NCBI GenBank assembly: GCA_002633005.1
Contig: NMRA01000130.1
Location: 478,531 to 542,530, forward strand
Source of the DNA: Phoronis australis
Lineage: Eukaryota > Animalia > Phoronida
Direction of reading: 5' to 3'
DNA: 64,000 nt
Shown here: in pieces, positions 1 through 13,696 of the stretch
Position numbering within the stretch: the first letter of the stretch is position 1
How the letters are laid out: every line of letters begins with the position of its first letter
Translations under genes and position numbers: made by a program
The notes under the pieces: model-generated
What the model saw: the letters and a program-made list of their open reading frames with translations, nothing else
Databases searched by the model: none
Told to the model about the DNA's origin: nothing

Positions 1-117
1 CTTTAGGGTAGCAGGCTAGCATCTTTCGGGTAGCAGGCGGGCATCTTTCGGGTAGCAGGTTGGCATCTTTAGGGTAACAGGTTGGCATCTTTCGGGTAGC
101 AGGTTGGCATCTTTCGG
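1..117. repeat. 22-bp minisatellite (GGCATCTTTCGGGTAGCAGGTT)n, truncated by the window start
   Basis: About 5 near-identical units visible. Confidence 0.95.
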
Positions 118-276
118 CTTCTTAATAGTCACTAAATGATACAATGTCTGTACAGACAGTTTGTTTTAACTGGTGTTCTGGACTGCTGATCTGGAACAAT
201 GCATCCAGTATTCAGGGGTGACAATCAGTAGCCAACTCCCAAAATACCACACCACCCACTCTGATTCTGCATTGGT

Positions 277-350
277 GGTCCCAATGGCTCAGTGGACTGG
301 AGTGTCTGAACAGCTTGCGGAAGGTCCCGAGTTCGAGTTCTGGTCAGCGT
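277..350 (+). mobile_element. tRNA-derived SINE head or tRNA pseudogene
   Basis: A-box-like TGGCTCAGTGG and B-box-like GTTCGAGTT at tRNA spacing. No good cloverleaf. Confidence 0.55.
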
Positions 351-2472
351 AGAAATCTTTTAAAACTTTTGTTCTTCATTAGGTCACGTGGCGTGGCCAA
401 CGGGTGGCGTGCAGACCATACTTAAAATGTTTGTGAGTTGCATAGACACGTGATAAAAAATGCTGGCGTAAAAACTCAAATTTTAGGGGTGTGATTCAAG
501 ATTCGCTTGTCAGACTAAGCTCAGAAGTGTTTTAACAGCTCTACCTCACGAAAACTAGGTCAATCGTAAAATGGGTTTTTCATAACTCTGCAAAAGAAGG
601 GACCATCAATTTGGGACCTGGTTTGGATTTTTGTTGTGTTGTGGTTGATGTTCTGTAAAATTGGTAACTAGGCCTCGACTCAGTTTGAAACGTGCGCCAA
701 AGTACTTAAAAAAAGAAAAAATGACTCTATTAAACTTCAGTCAAAGTCTCAAACATTTTTTAAAAAGCGACACAAATGTGTGTAAGTAAGGTTTTAAATG
801 CCTTTGGCTTGCTAAGTCAGTCACAGTTACCCCAAAATTGGGTGTCATTGACACGAGCACTGACGATTGCGTCATTACGTCACTGATGCTTATTTAAGAT
901 GAGAAAAAAAGAAAAACCCTCATCACTTTTTCTCATCTCAGGTGTTTGAAAAATCGATATTTCTTGTATATATTTGACTAAATACATAGACTTGTTGATA
1001 AGGTTCTACATAATCATAAAACTTGTTGTTTTCATCAGAAATACTGGTGCAATTATACTCTCATGTTACAGGAATGGTTTCATTTGTTTTCAACAGTTTT
1101 AGAACGCACTATAATTTCTTCATTTTAATAGGAATGTGTTTGTTACTACGGCAACTATTCATTTATTTGCGTTTTTCACTGGCAGTGAACTTCAGTGTCA
1201 TTAAACTTCGATGATCATTTTGTTGGTGCCCCACCAGGAATTGAATTAAAGAATTCTGTAAAAATTGAAGGAAAGGTCATAATAAAATTTCATCATTTGA
1301 GAATACATTTTAACTAAATTAATTTGTATTGAGGTTTGTTCTGTGAAGCATTTCTCTGCTTCAAGAGCGTCGCTTTAAGGCTTTGATAATGTATCCGTCG
1401 GAGTGATTGCTTTGCTGGCTTGCAATCCTTATCCCTGGACTGAAACATTTCCAGTTGGTGTCTGTGGGGCTGTCACTGTTATTGATTATTGAACCCCTAT
1501 AGATATGAGCCTAATGACGTCTGTCATCTGATAATCAATAACATTACCTCTGCGGAGGGATTATTTTGTCGTTAATATAGCTTTCCTACAAGCCTTTAAG
1601 ATGGTCGAGATTTGTGCGATTTTTGTGACCTTTTGGCGAACTGCTTGAAACTTTTTGACTGGCAGTGGTGTGCTTGCTTTAGCTCTGAGTTAGGAGTGCC
1701 ATTAAGCTATTAATTCTGTGTGGCCTGTAGAGAGTTTAGGGTAATGGTTAGCCTATTCTATATATGGTGCTTCAAAACGACTACACTTCTGTCAATATTA
1801 GAGTCCAGAAAACACTATGATCAATGAAGAGACAGATTGTTCAGATTCCGACCATTCGCACACCAAGTCACTGCTACTAAATTTCTCATTCGATATTGAT
1901 TTAAAATTTGTGTATTATCTTTTTCATTAGATGCGTTTGTTGAGATATTGCGCTCTAAAATTTTCAATATTTTTCATCTGCGTAGTGTGGCCTTAGGCGT
2001 GGATTATGAAACAACTAGCAAGGCGTGGGCACCAACTAGTTTCAAGAACTTGAGAACTGAAGCGCACTCACGCTGGGTACTAGAAATCGGAAAACCTTAG
2101 CCTACTTTGGTTTGAGTAATTATAAAAGAGAAACTTGCAACAGTGTAGCATTTGTGTTTTTCAGTTTGAATAGTACTTGTAGTACGGGACGCTCATTGAA
2201 TATATTGAATTTAAATGTCTACTTATTGTCCATAGTTTGTATTGGCGCTGTATCTGATCCAATGCTCTACCTTCGCGTATTCAAAAATGGAAATCTCCAA
2301 CCATGTTTGAAAAGCCTGAGCATATTCAGCTTCACAAGAGAAACAATTGTAATAGTGTTGCAAAGTGGTACTCATTTTATCATTTTTATTATTATTACTG
2401 TAAAAATAACAGCAACGTACGCAGCAAATGAAAGAAATACTGTGTTGGACGCTTTCCTCAAGGATAACCCTG

Positions 2473-2630
2473 GGTAGAGCCATATAGATCAGTAATGCTA
2501 AGACCTCGCTAAAAAGCAAGACTTTGCGAGATTACATAAGATATTGACATGTATTTTAAATCAGAACACAAGATCTTGGCTAGATTTTAGCGAGGTCCTA
2601 TTGTAGGTCCTAGCATTATTGAACTCTACC
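2473..2630. mobile_element. Small Harbinger-like MITE, CTG TSD
   Basis: Ends GGTAGAG...CTCTACC, inverted internal TAATGCTA.GACCT and GACCTCGCTAAAA, flanked by CTG on both sides. Confidence 0.65.
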
Positions 2631-3993
2631 CTGGTGTTTTCCAGTAGTTGAACCCGTTTTGTCACCAGTAGAATGTCATACCATGTTGATTTGCTGGTGT
2701 TTTATGGCTGGTGAAAAAGTGACTCTGTCGAGCCACCTGAGGTTAGCCGCCTTGTCTGGCCAGTTATTATCAGTGAGGGCGAGTTTGTTGGTCATGGACA
2801 TGAGACAAGACATTGTGTGTCTGTGGTCAGAGGCATGGCTAATGACATCATGTCATATGGGGTTCACAACAGACACAACAAGGCCCATCCTTGGTCTTTT
2901 TATATCACGAAGTGGAAATAACTGTGGACTTAACCTGAACCCAATGAAAAGTTGAAAGTCATTGGAAGAATTATGACAGTGCTAAGCAGCGTAAATTTTC
3001 ACATCAATCGGAATGATCACAGGGCAGAACGGTTCCACGGAATGTCTCCTGTAGACGACACATTGCAAATGTTGCCTGCTGCCCTATTTGAGAGGACGTG
3101 TGGTTGGGAGTAATGAAATACGTCTAAAATTCTTCAATTAAGGGACAAAAATAATTGAGCCATATTTCTATTTTTCAGAGGCTTACCACACTGTTGCAAA
3201 TGCTGAAAATATTTACCAAATGTTGTTTTGTAATACCGGAAACTAGTCCATACAAACCACGCCAAAATCAAAGTAAATTTTCCTGAAGAGCTGTTTTTGT
3301 TGAGAAATTTAACAAAATGAAATTTCACATGTCCGCCATGGTGTATCCCAAACTGTAGAAATTTTGCCGTAATAGCTGTGTTTTCGAAGGCATACAAAAA
3401 TGAATCCAGCAGTGCTTTCGTGCCTGAAGCCAAATCAATCATGACCTAGGGGCATGCGCAGTTTTCGGTATGATCAGCCTGGTCGTCTCGGAGACTTTAC
3501 GGCTTATTACTGAATTCGCCTTAGGATGTTAATACAGATTTGGTTTGACCATTTCAGTGTGACTCGTTATTCACATCATCACAATGTGCTTGCTTCACAT
3601 GTCTTGTGACAGACAAAAAAGTAGTTCACAGCTAGCTTCAGGGATAGGATATCCTCCTAGTCGAGGTTTTGTTGGCACATGACGAATTACCAGGTTATTA
3701 TCTTGACGGTTAGAGTCATTATGTCCTGTTTTCTGATTATCCCGGCCTGTGGTCTTGTGGGCATATTTTTAGCCAATGAGGTCGGTGGTTATTGGAAAAG
3801 GTAGGATATTGATTTTATAGCCAACTGGTTGTGTGGTTCAAGAAAATGAATTGCAAAATGCAAAAATTGATTCATGGTATATGAAAATTGGATAAATTTG
3901 TGTAATTTTTTCTTATCGTCTGAAAAAGTCAGTTCAAGTGTATGGTGGCTATTCTCAATCAGCCCCTCTGTAGCTTTTGACCAACACCGTAAA

Positions 3994-4233
3994 CAGTGGC
4001 AGATCTACGATTTCAGTAAGGGGGGGTTTAGGATTCGAGAGAATCCGAGGCGCGTAACGCCGAGGAGCAGGAAGGTCGCGAGAGGGTTTCCCTCTTCCCG
4101 TGTAAGATTTTTGGGGATTTTTAGTACCTAATTTCGTTTTTCTGGCGATTTTTTTTCCAGTTTTTATTTTTAATCCTGTCCCGAGGGGGGGGGGTTTAAA
4201 CCCCCTGAACCCCCCCCTGTAGATCCGCCTCTG
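3994..4233. mobile_element. Non-autonomous DNA transposon, CAG...CTG termini, 5-bp TSD GTAAA
   Basis: TIR CAGTGGCAGATCTAC / GTAGATCCGCCTCTG (13 of 15 match); GTAAA at 3989-3993 and 4234-4238. Confidence 0.8.
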
Positions 4234-4638
4234 GTAAACTAATTTTATGACCACTTGGGGATGCCATTGACAATATGGGCAATATACAATAGCAGTGAAT
4301 CCAGGGAACAGTTGTTAAAACTGTCATTTTTTTCTGATACACAAGGCCTGTGCTTTTGTTTGCATCAGTGAGAACTACGAAATCATCATTTTTTTATGAT
4401 TTCAGCACTTATACCACTGGAAAAAAAAGGTTTTAATTTATGGTTCAAAATCACCTGTCAAGTGGCATTCTCCATTTTATGTACATAACAGTATTTTTTT
4501 GTAAACATGCTCCTGTCCATGTAAATATTGTAAGTAATATATTCAGTCAGTTTACATTAACCTGTAACATTACATGAATTAAGGACTACAATGTTAATCT
4601 ACTGTTTTCTTTTTGCATACGTCGGTAGTACTTAAGTG

Positions 4639-4965
4639 CCGTGCACACACAGTCTTTTAACCTAGAGCAAGTTACTCTTGGAACGAGTTGTCGCTGGATT
4701 TGAAGGCTGTGTGGACGCTACTAGTGCAACTTACCCCACTTGTGACAACTCACTCCACCTTATCGAGGTGGGGTAACTTGTTCAGGGTAACTTGCACCAC
4801 TTGTAATTCCTGTGGAGTTGCAGACCTGGGGCAAGGCGGAAGTAATTATCACGTGGGGTTACATACAGTTTGGTCTTCTTTTGCGCCCTGTATTTGCATT
4901 AGCTATTCATTGTGGAGTGAGTTGCACTAATGCAAGTTGTTCTAGAGTAGGCTGTGTGTGTGCGG
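4639..4965. mobile_element. MITE with imperfect TIRs and internal GCAACT/AGTTGC subrepeats
   Basis: CCGTGCACACACAGTC...CTAGAGCAA pairs with TTGTTCTAG...GGCTGTGTGTGTGCGG; CAACTCACTCCAC / GTGGAGTGAGTTG inverted internally. Confidence 0.6.
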
Positions 4966-5979
4966 TATCGGTATCGGTACGGTATCTCAAGTGTATGTAG
5001 TAAATATTTGCTGTGTCACGTTTTGAATACACAACCTAGATTTGTCGTTTTTACACAAAACTAACTGACGTGAAGCAGTCAACCTTGTGAGGCCAAAAAA
5101 GCAAATTTGGCTCTGGTTGTTTTGAAAATTGGTGTGGTGATACGGTATTTTTAGGTGATAATTATAGTGGCATGGCATTACCATTTATATTTTTACTTGG
5201 CTCGCCTCAAACCAGTTTCAGTGATGCGATTGACTGTACAGGTGTCCGATGGTGGCCTATTGACTGTACTGCTGAAAGTTAAATATAGCTTTTGAAGGAT
5301 GAAACTTTTGGTAAAAAATGATGCAGGCAAATGGTTGTCTTGTCTGCAGCTTCAAAATGAGTCAAGTGAAGACAGGCCTGACGATTACGTACTCAAAATT
5401 TTAAAAGTGTTGCATAATCATTATGGCTGTTGTGCAAATCGTGTTAGCATTGAAGCATGTTTTTCTTGACATTTTTTGATCAGACGTTTTACAATACAAA
5501 ATTCCTCTTTTCCTTCATATTGTTTGCTGATTGGTTAGGACTTCCAATATCACGGAAATCGGACAGAACATTGTTTGCAACTGCTTTCCTTCCACTGTTA
5601 AACATCTAGGTTTTGTTTCACGCTCTTTTTGCCAGACGGTTGTCTTTTTTCACATATCGTGGTTAAAACAGTGACAGAATAGTATGGAAGTCATTCTGTT
5701 TGTCGAAGTGTGAGAGAAGGTTGTGTAAGAAAAAGGAAAAGAATTGAACAGTGCCCAATGAATTAAATGATTATAGAAAAATAATAAACTGAATGATGTA
5801 CAGGTAAATGACCAGTTTAAATGAACAAATTAGAATTACTTGCTTTGTTCACAATTGCAGAAAAGTTTTGCTTTGACAGTGTCAATATTTGGGACAAAAA
5901 AAAGTTAAATCAATTTTCTGTTCATTCCTTGGATGACTGTGTTATAATGGACGACTTCACTATCCGGTTTCTGTTACAG

Positions 5980-6197
5980 CTGTGTTCAACCAGGCCCTCG
6001 CCAACAGTTCCGCCAGCTCGGGGTCTCCTGGCAGTTCCTCGCCAGCCGTGAAAACTAGTCAGACTTCAAGTGATTCCACCCAGGCGCCGGTACCAGTGAA
6101 TATTGTCACGGCAACAGGCACATGGAAACCGAAATCAACCGATCTTTTGTTAGTACCGTCACCAGTGAATCGTGAAGATGAACTGAAGTCAAGAGAG
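5980..6197 (+). CDS. NAB: NAB coding exon, post-NCD1 Ser/Pro-rich linker (AVFNQALANSS...ELKSRE)
   Basis: Acceptor ttctgttacAG, donor GAG|GTAAGA. Ends phase 0 and matches the next exon. AVFNQ fits the residues following the NCD1 end. Confidence 0.8.
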
Positions 6198-7010
6198 GTA
6201 AGACAAAAAAGCGGTGTTTTGTTCCGGTCTGCTGGTGCCTCATTTTGAACTCTTCGCACCTGTGATTTGAAATTAGAATAAAAAATAGGTAATGATTGTC
6301 CTCATCTTTGATATCATTGTTTCCGAAAGCCTCATGAAACATGCTTGCATAATGTTTCATATTCATTGTGTTTATCCATCGTTTCACAGCGTAGTGCATA
6401 TTTACTTTACTGGGCGCCATTTTATGGAAGGCTGTAAGTCTGGTCTTAGCTAAGACAATTGTAGATTTGATTTCAATTTGGACACTGTTTATTAACATGG
6501 CTGCTAAAGGTTCGTGATAAGTCTGAATATGGAAATTTATCAACTTAATGTCAGTTTCGCTCTTATAAACAATACAGCCTCGCATTTGCAATAACGTGCG
6601 AACGAAATTTTTGTTGAGAAATTTGACAAGATAAAAATTCACCTGTCTGCCATACTGTGTCCCAAACTGAAGAATTTTTTTTCGTAATTTCATTTCTGAT
6701 ATTTATTTACCTGGTGACCTATCGAATGACATTTTTGTATACTTAAAAGTGTGAACAGCTTTTTGTCATCTATGGCAACCTTCTCAAAACGATCGGTTGT
6801 GTCAGTTTCAAGCCGCAAATTACTACCCAACATCTTAGCCATTGTTGACTTGTGCCTACGTTTACTTCGCTATACATGAAGGAGAGTAGCCAATCACAAT
6901 CAATATGATCTGGGCGATCAAAACCTTAGGGCGTCATACTGTGGTCCATGGCGCTAATTACGTTACTTAATTTACATAAATATGTAATTCTTAAACCAAT
7001 GTGGAAATGC

Positions 7011-7099
7011 ATATCGCAAACATTTTTAAGTCTGGTCAGCACGCCACCTGGTGGGGCCATAGGTGGTGTGCTGACCAGACGTAAAAATGTTTTTGATGT
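7011..7099 (+). other. Long near-perfect hairpin in NAB intron
   Basis: 32-bp core arms 7018-7049 and 7061-7092 with one mismatch and one G:U, 11-nt loop. Confidence 0.85.
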
Positions 7100-7680
7100 C
7101 ACTTGATTTTGTTCCGTTTTCTTGTCTTAGCAAAACTGAATTTGCAAATGTGACCTTCAGAAAGTTTGTCAATGATGATATGGTTATGGTGGTTCTTGAC
7201 CTATTTAGCGCACTATGTTTAGGACAAGTGTAAGTTTTTTGTCACCTTTCTCAACAAAATTACAAACATTTAGAAAATTTTAGTCTTTTGTCTGCTTCGT
7301 CTGTATGATAGACAAGATAAAGCAAAATTTGGAAAAATTTCTATTATTTGCAGTAAGATAATCTGCCATTGAAAACAAAGAAAAACAACATTTTTGCGAA
7401 ATAATTAAAAAATTGCTGTTATTCTACACTTAGTTGTTGGACAAGCGAAATTTTATTTTTAAAAATTTTCAGCAAAACTAAAGTGTAACAATTTTTAGTC
7501 TATCAGTAAGTAGCTTGCTTTGTACAGTGACAATGTTATAAATAAAAATTGGTTAGTTTCTTTTGTTTTTTTTTGAAAAATAGTAAAACTTATTTGGCAA
7601 TTATTTTTGTGCAAAATCAGTGAAGAATCGTTGCACATACGAAAACCATACAAGTGATTTTTCACAAATACTGAACGATT

Positions 7681-8175
7681 TGTAGGACCCTAGAAAAAGT
7701 GTCTGAACATCGTATCTCAGATATGGCTGATTGTATTCATATAAAACTTACTGATACTTTACTTTTCACTGTTCACCAAAACGCTTTTACGAATTGTTTT
7801 TAAAATTCTACACTTTGGTACAAGAGGCTATCAAGAATAGGAGTTTGTTTTAATATTGATATGAAGAAATTCAAAAGTTGCATAAAATGAAAATGAAATA
7901 ATAATTTAGAAAACCGTAACATCGTTCTGTAGATTTCCTCTTGAACATTTATATCAAATAACATTTGATCATGTTATTGATACCGTCATTTTTCTATGAA
8001 TGCGCCTTTATTTTTGCTCAATTTAACTAGAATAGACATGGTCACGTGACCCAATCAATGGCAGATGGCACAAAAATCAAATTCTACAGGCTTTCTAGCT
8101 TCATGAAGTGTATAGTTTTACTCAGGTAAAATTTATAGTTGTGTAAATACATAGACATGTCAATAAAGTCCTACA
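7681..8175 (+). mobile_element. Dispersed repeat of about 500 bp with TGTAGGAC...GTCCTACA ends (family copy 1)
   Basis: Colinear similarity to 12420-12935 and 22208-22692; partial copies near 930-1010, 32550-33071 and, reversed, 19035-19490. Confidence 0.75.
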
Positions 8176-9125
8176 CAACCTTAAATAGCTTGCTTGAGAA
8201 TGTTGGTGTGCTAAATAGTTGTTGTGTAGTCGCACATAATGAAGCACTGTTTTTACATTCTTTATGAATCAGGAATTTTTATACACAGGGTTGCCTAATT
8301 TGTGAATGGCGGAAGTGAAACCAGGATAGGAAACTGCTTTGGTAATAACATAACCAGAGGTGTTTGTTTTCGGAGGTTTAGATAACGAAGGTGTCATAGA
8401 TCAAGAGGAATAGACGAGGGGTTTGACCTTCAAATGCCCTATTGTCTTATTGAGACTGTAAATGGCATCTGACAAGAAACTGATAAATGAACTGTAGAGT
8501 AAGAATGGAGTCACTGAAGCCTTTGTTGCCTGATGCACTGTGGAGTGAAGTGGGGCCTGCAGTAAAATGTCACCAATTTCGGACAAAAATAATGGATAGA
8601 AGTGTTCTCGTTTCACTTTTTAATGATTTCTAGCAATGTGAAAGGTCACAGTTTCTCAAAACACTATCAGGTTTTAATTATGGTTGGGTTAGTTGAACAT
8701 GGAAATGAATTTGATGCTACATACATTCGTGGAGGAAAGTTCATGTGTCAGCCATATTGTGTCTTAAATTGGTGAAATTTTACAATACATGTCACGTGTC
8801 AGTTTCTGAAACTTATGGGTGTTACTTAAATAGAAGATTCTAATGTTTTTCTTAATTTATGGCTTGAATTCGCTTAAGTCATTAAAGTCATTTTGAAGTG
8901 TTACACAGTATTTAAACCACACACATTTTGCAATAACCATGTAAAGTTGCAATAACCCAAAATATTGTTGGATGGTCATGTGAGTCCTTGGGCATTGCAC
9001 TGGGAAGAAAATAGAGTCAGTGAAGAAATATGGGTGGTGTAAATATCTTAAATTATGCGTGTTTTTATATAAGTGATGTTACTAATCGAGGCCGCTATAC
9101 CGGTTTCTCTAACCGTAGCCAATAA

Positions 9126-9260
9126 CACAACTAATAATAGTTTACATGATTATTAAACATGTATGTATTCTTATAACATAATAAGTGAGTGGACACAACT
9201 AATATTAGTTTACATGATTATTAAACATGTATGTATTCTTATTACATAATAAATGAGTGG
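9126..9260. repeat. Direct tandem duplication, about 68 bp x2
   Basis: ACACAACTAATA...ACATAATAA.TGAGTGG occurs twice. Confidence 0.9.
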
Positions 9261-10082
9261 GCACCTCATTAGTTTGGCTCCGTTTTGTTAGTATTGTAAA
9301 TTTTTAAATAATCATATATCTATACTTAGCTCACCAATGGCGAAATCATGTATTTTTTGTCAAATTTCTCAACAAAAATCAATGGTAGCCTTAGAGAAAT
9401 TTTACGTGATTCTTACCATAGATTATACTGTAGGTATATAGATTTCACAAAACAAAATTGTATTAAGATTCCGTTGTGAGATCTAATTCAGTCTTTGAAA
9501 AATTGAAAAAGCAGCTTCTTAACAATGTATACTTGAGTGTGTGAAATAACTGAAGAATTATCGCAGGTCTATGGGTTAGTAAAGTAACATGCTCTTTGGT
9601 GAACATTACTGAGACTGTGTCACAATGGTCTGATATTAGACCAACATGGACCGGTCTTGAGAGTCATATCATGTCATATGGACCGAAGGTAAGCATGTAG
9701 TCTGGTATACATGACGGATCAGTCTATATTTGTTTTATTACATGGTCACTGATGATTGCTTTCTCATTTTTTTCATATCCTATTAAATTAGCCTGCTCTT
9801 TTTCCTGCTTTGATGTACTGACATCGTCTGCTCACTTCATGGTCAGGATTTATGGTCTCTACAGCATCTGATTGGTCAGGTTGCGAATAGCGACATCTGA
9901 CACTAAGGTGGACAATATTACGCTAGATCGGAAGTTGTCGTTGAGCATTTGAGCCAATCACAGGACACAAGTGTCAGTGGCCATGTTCTAAAGCAGGATC
10001 CTACACAACCTTCTAGATAGTCAGTTTTATGACTGCACCCTAGATTTTGTCCTTGTGAGAATGTATTTACTTTCTGTTGCAG

Positions 10083-10229
10083 GATCGTAAGAGCCCTGTG
10101 CCAACACCTGTGCTAGTAGAAGACCAGATCGCCATGATTGCACTGTCTGCAGAACAGCTAGTCCCAACCCTGGATCACTATGAACCTAAACCGATGAATA
10201 TGAAGAAAGAGATCAATAGAGAGATTGAT
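10083..10229 (+). CDS. NAB: NAB coding exon, start of NCD2 (DRKSPVPTP...KKEINREID)
   Basis: tttctgttgcAG acceptor, GAT|GTAAGA donor, 147 nt, phase 0-0. Confidence 0.9.
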
Positions 10230-11954
10230 GTAAGAGTCTTGAAGCTTCTTGTCACCATGTTATTAGAAAACCAGTGTGGTGACAGCAGTTGGAATAAAAA
10301 GTGCGAAGTATTTAACTAAAAATATCTGAGTCACACCAACTTCTTAGTTCATTTGCGGATAAACTCTTCACCTCGTGACGATTCCACTCTGATGGCAGCA
10401 AATGTGTAAATTAGCTCGTGCTAATTCTAGGAGCCTAATCGTGGAACTTTTAAGTAAATTAGTCACATGTGCCTAATTGTGGATATTGTCGAATGACTGT
10501 AGAGTTTGTGGGAAATTGTTTGATGATTTTTCAAAACAGTTCTGTTGACTCCTAAAGTCATAAGGTTTTTTAGCTTATTAACTTCTCAGATGAGATACGC
10601 TTTGAAAAGGAAATCATTCTTTAAATATTCTACAGTTTAGGACATTAGCTAAACTTTGGGTCGCCGAAATTCCAACCAAATTTGAGATTTCTTGACTTTG
10701 AAGATTGGTACGCGGGAAATTTTGTTATTCATCTTATATCTTAAATATGGAGCACTGCGTTTTGTATCAACAAAATATCAAAATAGACTTGGCTGTTCAT
10801 AAAATCATTGAAAATAGCCATCATTGGCGCATTTTCACGCGTCCCCATTGTTTGTAATACCATGGTGACTGATGGTTTGTAGTTGCATTTGGAATGGCCA
10901 GTATTGCATATTTCTGAAATTTGACAAAAGCTCAATGCTTGAGCAAAATGATAATTTTTTACCATCCTAAACTTGAAAATTTTTACTGTAATTAACGTTG
11001 ATTTTCAAAGAAAAACGCATTTTGTTTCGGCCATTTTTCAATGCAGAACATTGCCTAATCTATGTATTAAGGCCTAGCCAAATTGCACACGAGCGAGTGA
11101 CATGAATAAAATTCATGTTGCAGTGTCATGCAGTGGGGCGGCCATTTTGGTCACGAAAGTTTTAGTGCTCAAAGTAAACAGTGGTTGACGAAGAAGGAAT
11201 ACTATTGCTCTTCTTTACATACAGACATTTAACGTGTGATGGGCACTTCCTATCGATAAAAGACAGTATGGCAGTATGGCAAATTCTATCAAATAGCATC
11301 AGACTTTCGATTAGATTGAGAAAAATTATGACAATATTTCAGAGTATTGCCTGAATAGTTTGAGAATCTTTTAGACTTTGTGACCAATCCGCTCCCAAAT
11401 CTGTTGTTTTAAAGAAATGTCTTAGTGTTGTAATCGACACATGGCTTGTTATACTGCAACTAATCTTGTCTTGCCAAATGAATTAGCGTGCCGCTTATGC
11501 ACAGAGAAAGTAATTGTAAACAAGAGTGCAAATCAAAATTTGTGCTCTGTGATTGGTTCAAGCCGGTGCAAGATGACGTGACAGAAATAGAAGTGTACCG
11601 TTTCTATTTTCTGTTGCGCAGTGTTGCTCTCGTTGCTTACGTGCAGTGGGGACACTACTACAGAAATTCAGGTGTTCCAAGTGAACGTGAATAAAATCGT
11701 CTCGTTCACACGTGTGCAGCCTGGCCAGGCCTCTGGAATTGAACTTTCTGAAACGGCCACACTTCTGTGTCACTACTTCTTCCAGTTTGTGAGGAAGTTT
11801 TGTGTTAATGTCGCAAATTTCCCGTTACTCAAACATCAGTTCCTGTAACAGAGATCTATTTGAGAACTGTTTACTGCTGTTTGTGAACAGCCATGTGTGC
11901 AAATTAATCACTGCATTATTACCATGACACATGGAATTCTTGTATTTCCCACAG

Positions 11955-12074
11955 TACGTCATTAAGTTGCCATTTGACACTGAGAACAGGATGGACTTAA
12001 TACGCAAGTATTCCGCCATATATGGACGGTTCGACTCCAAACGAAAAGGAGAAAAACCCATGTCAATGCATGAA
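11955..12074 (+). CDS. NAB: NAB coding exon, NCD2 (YVIKLPF...IRKYSAIYGRFDSKRK...MHE)
   Basis: Hallmark NCD2 motif; tttcccacAG acceptor and GAA|GTAAGT donor; 120 nt. Confidence 0.97.
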
Positions 12075-12419
12075 GTAAGTTTATGTAAAAGCTTCTCTTT
12101 TAACTTAATATTTAAGAGACGTAGAGTAAAATTCTTGAATTATGAAACTCGCGCTTTGTGCCATTTGAAGTCAAATAGTAAAGAAGTGGTGTATGTGGTA
12201 ATATTGCTTCATTTTGCATTTGTTCTTTATAACACAATATTCAATGTTCATTAATTTGTGAAATATGACGAAAGCAGAAATTAAGGTTTTTTTAATTGTT
12301 TTTCTTTGTGCAATAGACCCATGACCTTTAATACAGAAACAAAATTTGATTGATTGATTGATATAATTGTTGATGAATCCGATGCATGGTTGTCTGCTCG
12401 TGATTGCATTTTAAGATTG

Positions 12420-12935
12420 TGTAGGTCCCTAGAAAAATGTCCAATTTTTGCCAACTTTGGAACATCGTATCTTAGAAATGACTGATCGGACTCTTATGAA
12501 ACTAGTAAATGCTTTGTACACTGTTCTACAAAATGTGGCTAGGAATTGTTTTTAAAATGTTTCACTTTTGAATGCGGTGCTATAAGAAAAAGGATTTATA
12601 TGATTTTCATGAAACAATTAATCAGTTCCATAAAACAAAAAAACAAAACGATTATTTAGAACACAGTAACAGCATTTTTGAGATTATATTTTGAACATTT
12701 ATATCGTACAAAATTTGGTCATGTTATCGGCCCCGTTGTTTGCTATGTAATGTACCTTTTTTGTTCAATTTTCCTTAAAAAGCAAGGTCACGTGACTCAC
12801 TTAGTAGCAGATTGGTATAAGTCGAAGATCAAATTCTTCGGAATTTCTACTTTCAGAAAATATATACCTTTGCTGAGTTAAAATCTATTGTTTTGCAGAC
12901 ATTTGACTTAATGTACAGGCTTGTCGATAAGACAC
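12420..12935 (+). mobile_element. Same 500-bp repeat family, copy 2
   Basis: Starts TGTAGGTCCCTAGAAAAA; shares GGTCACGTGAC and the terminal GTCGATAAG block. Confidence 0.75.
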
Positions 12936-13051
12936 TGAGAGTTTTTAGTCATAAATCATTTCTAACGAAACTATTAATGTTTATCTGAAAATTAATGGAT
13001 TCAATCCTTACTCACCCGCAAGCCATTCAAATTGACATTCCTTCTTTGCAG

Positions 13052-13185
13052 ATATCTGTTAATGAGGCTGCAGCACAGATTTGTAAATTCATACCAGCAT
13101 TGATGACAAGACGTGATGAGTTGTTTCCCCTGGCTAGACAGGTGGTGAGGGACAGCGGCTACCAGTACTCAAAGGGCCACTCCAG
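13052..13185 (+). CDS. NAB: NAB coding exon, NCD2 ([11 protein letters not shown]...[21 protein letters not shown])
   Basis: Hallmark NCD2 motif; cttctttgcAG acceptor and CAG|GTGAGT donor; 134 nt, ends phase 2. Confidence 0.97.
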
Positions 13186-13696
13186 GTGAGTTAATGGTCA
13201 CTCTTAGCTGACCCTTGACATGTGGAGTCACTCAGGTGACCTTTCTGCGTGGGTCACTCTTTTGTTTTATTGTAATATTGTACTATTTGTCAATAAATCA
13301 TATTGTTTAAATGACCTGTAGTAATGGGAGACTTTCAGAAAGTGACGAGGACTGATTATGTGAAGCCGGTGACTCGTATCGCCACCTAGCTGTTCGAGGA
13401 GCAACTTCGTCTTTGCAGCGGGTGGCAGAGGAGAACAGTGTGACTTTGTGAAAAGACCCTTTTACAATGTATGTGATTAGACGTGATGTGTTTTTGACAA
13501 AAGGTACAAGTGCCTCCCCGTCATCTAGAGTTCCCTGGTATCTGGTCCCACATGACCAGTCACCATGTTGCTATTTGCTTCCTAGCCACACTGTGGCTTA
13601 TAAATCAAAATGTCCAAGGAGACCAGTTCATAAAAAATAGGCTATACAAATACAAGAAATCGTTTGTCCTCACTAAACAATAAGAGTAAATAACAG

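Noticed and set aside
277-350. Functional tRNA gene
   Set aside because: A and B boxes are present but the acceptor and anticodon stems do not pair well; kept only as SINE-like.
2023-2031. EGR-like site GCGTGGGCA in the NAB intron
   Set aside because: Single 8/9 match with no cluster or conservation evidence, although EGR feedback on NAB2 is known.
6106-6693. Longest ORF (195 aa, minus) and the similar ORF 3134-3442 sharing LQFG...VKFLNKN
   Set aside because: The similarity is at DNA level from a dispersed repeat (about 3293-3373, 6607-6690, reversed near 9330-9380). No protein motif, and it is antisense to a NAB exon.
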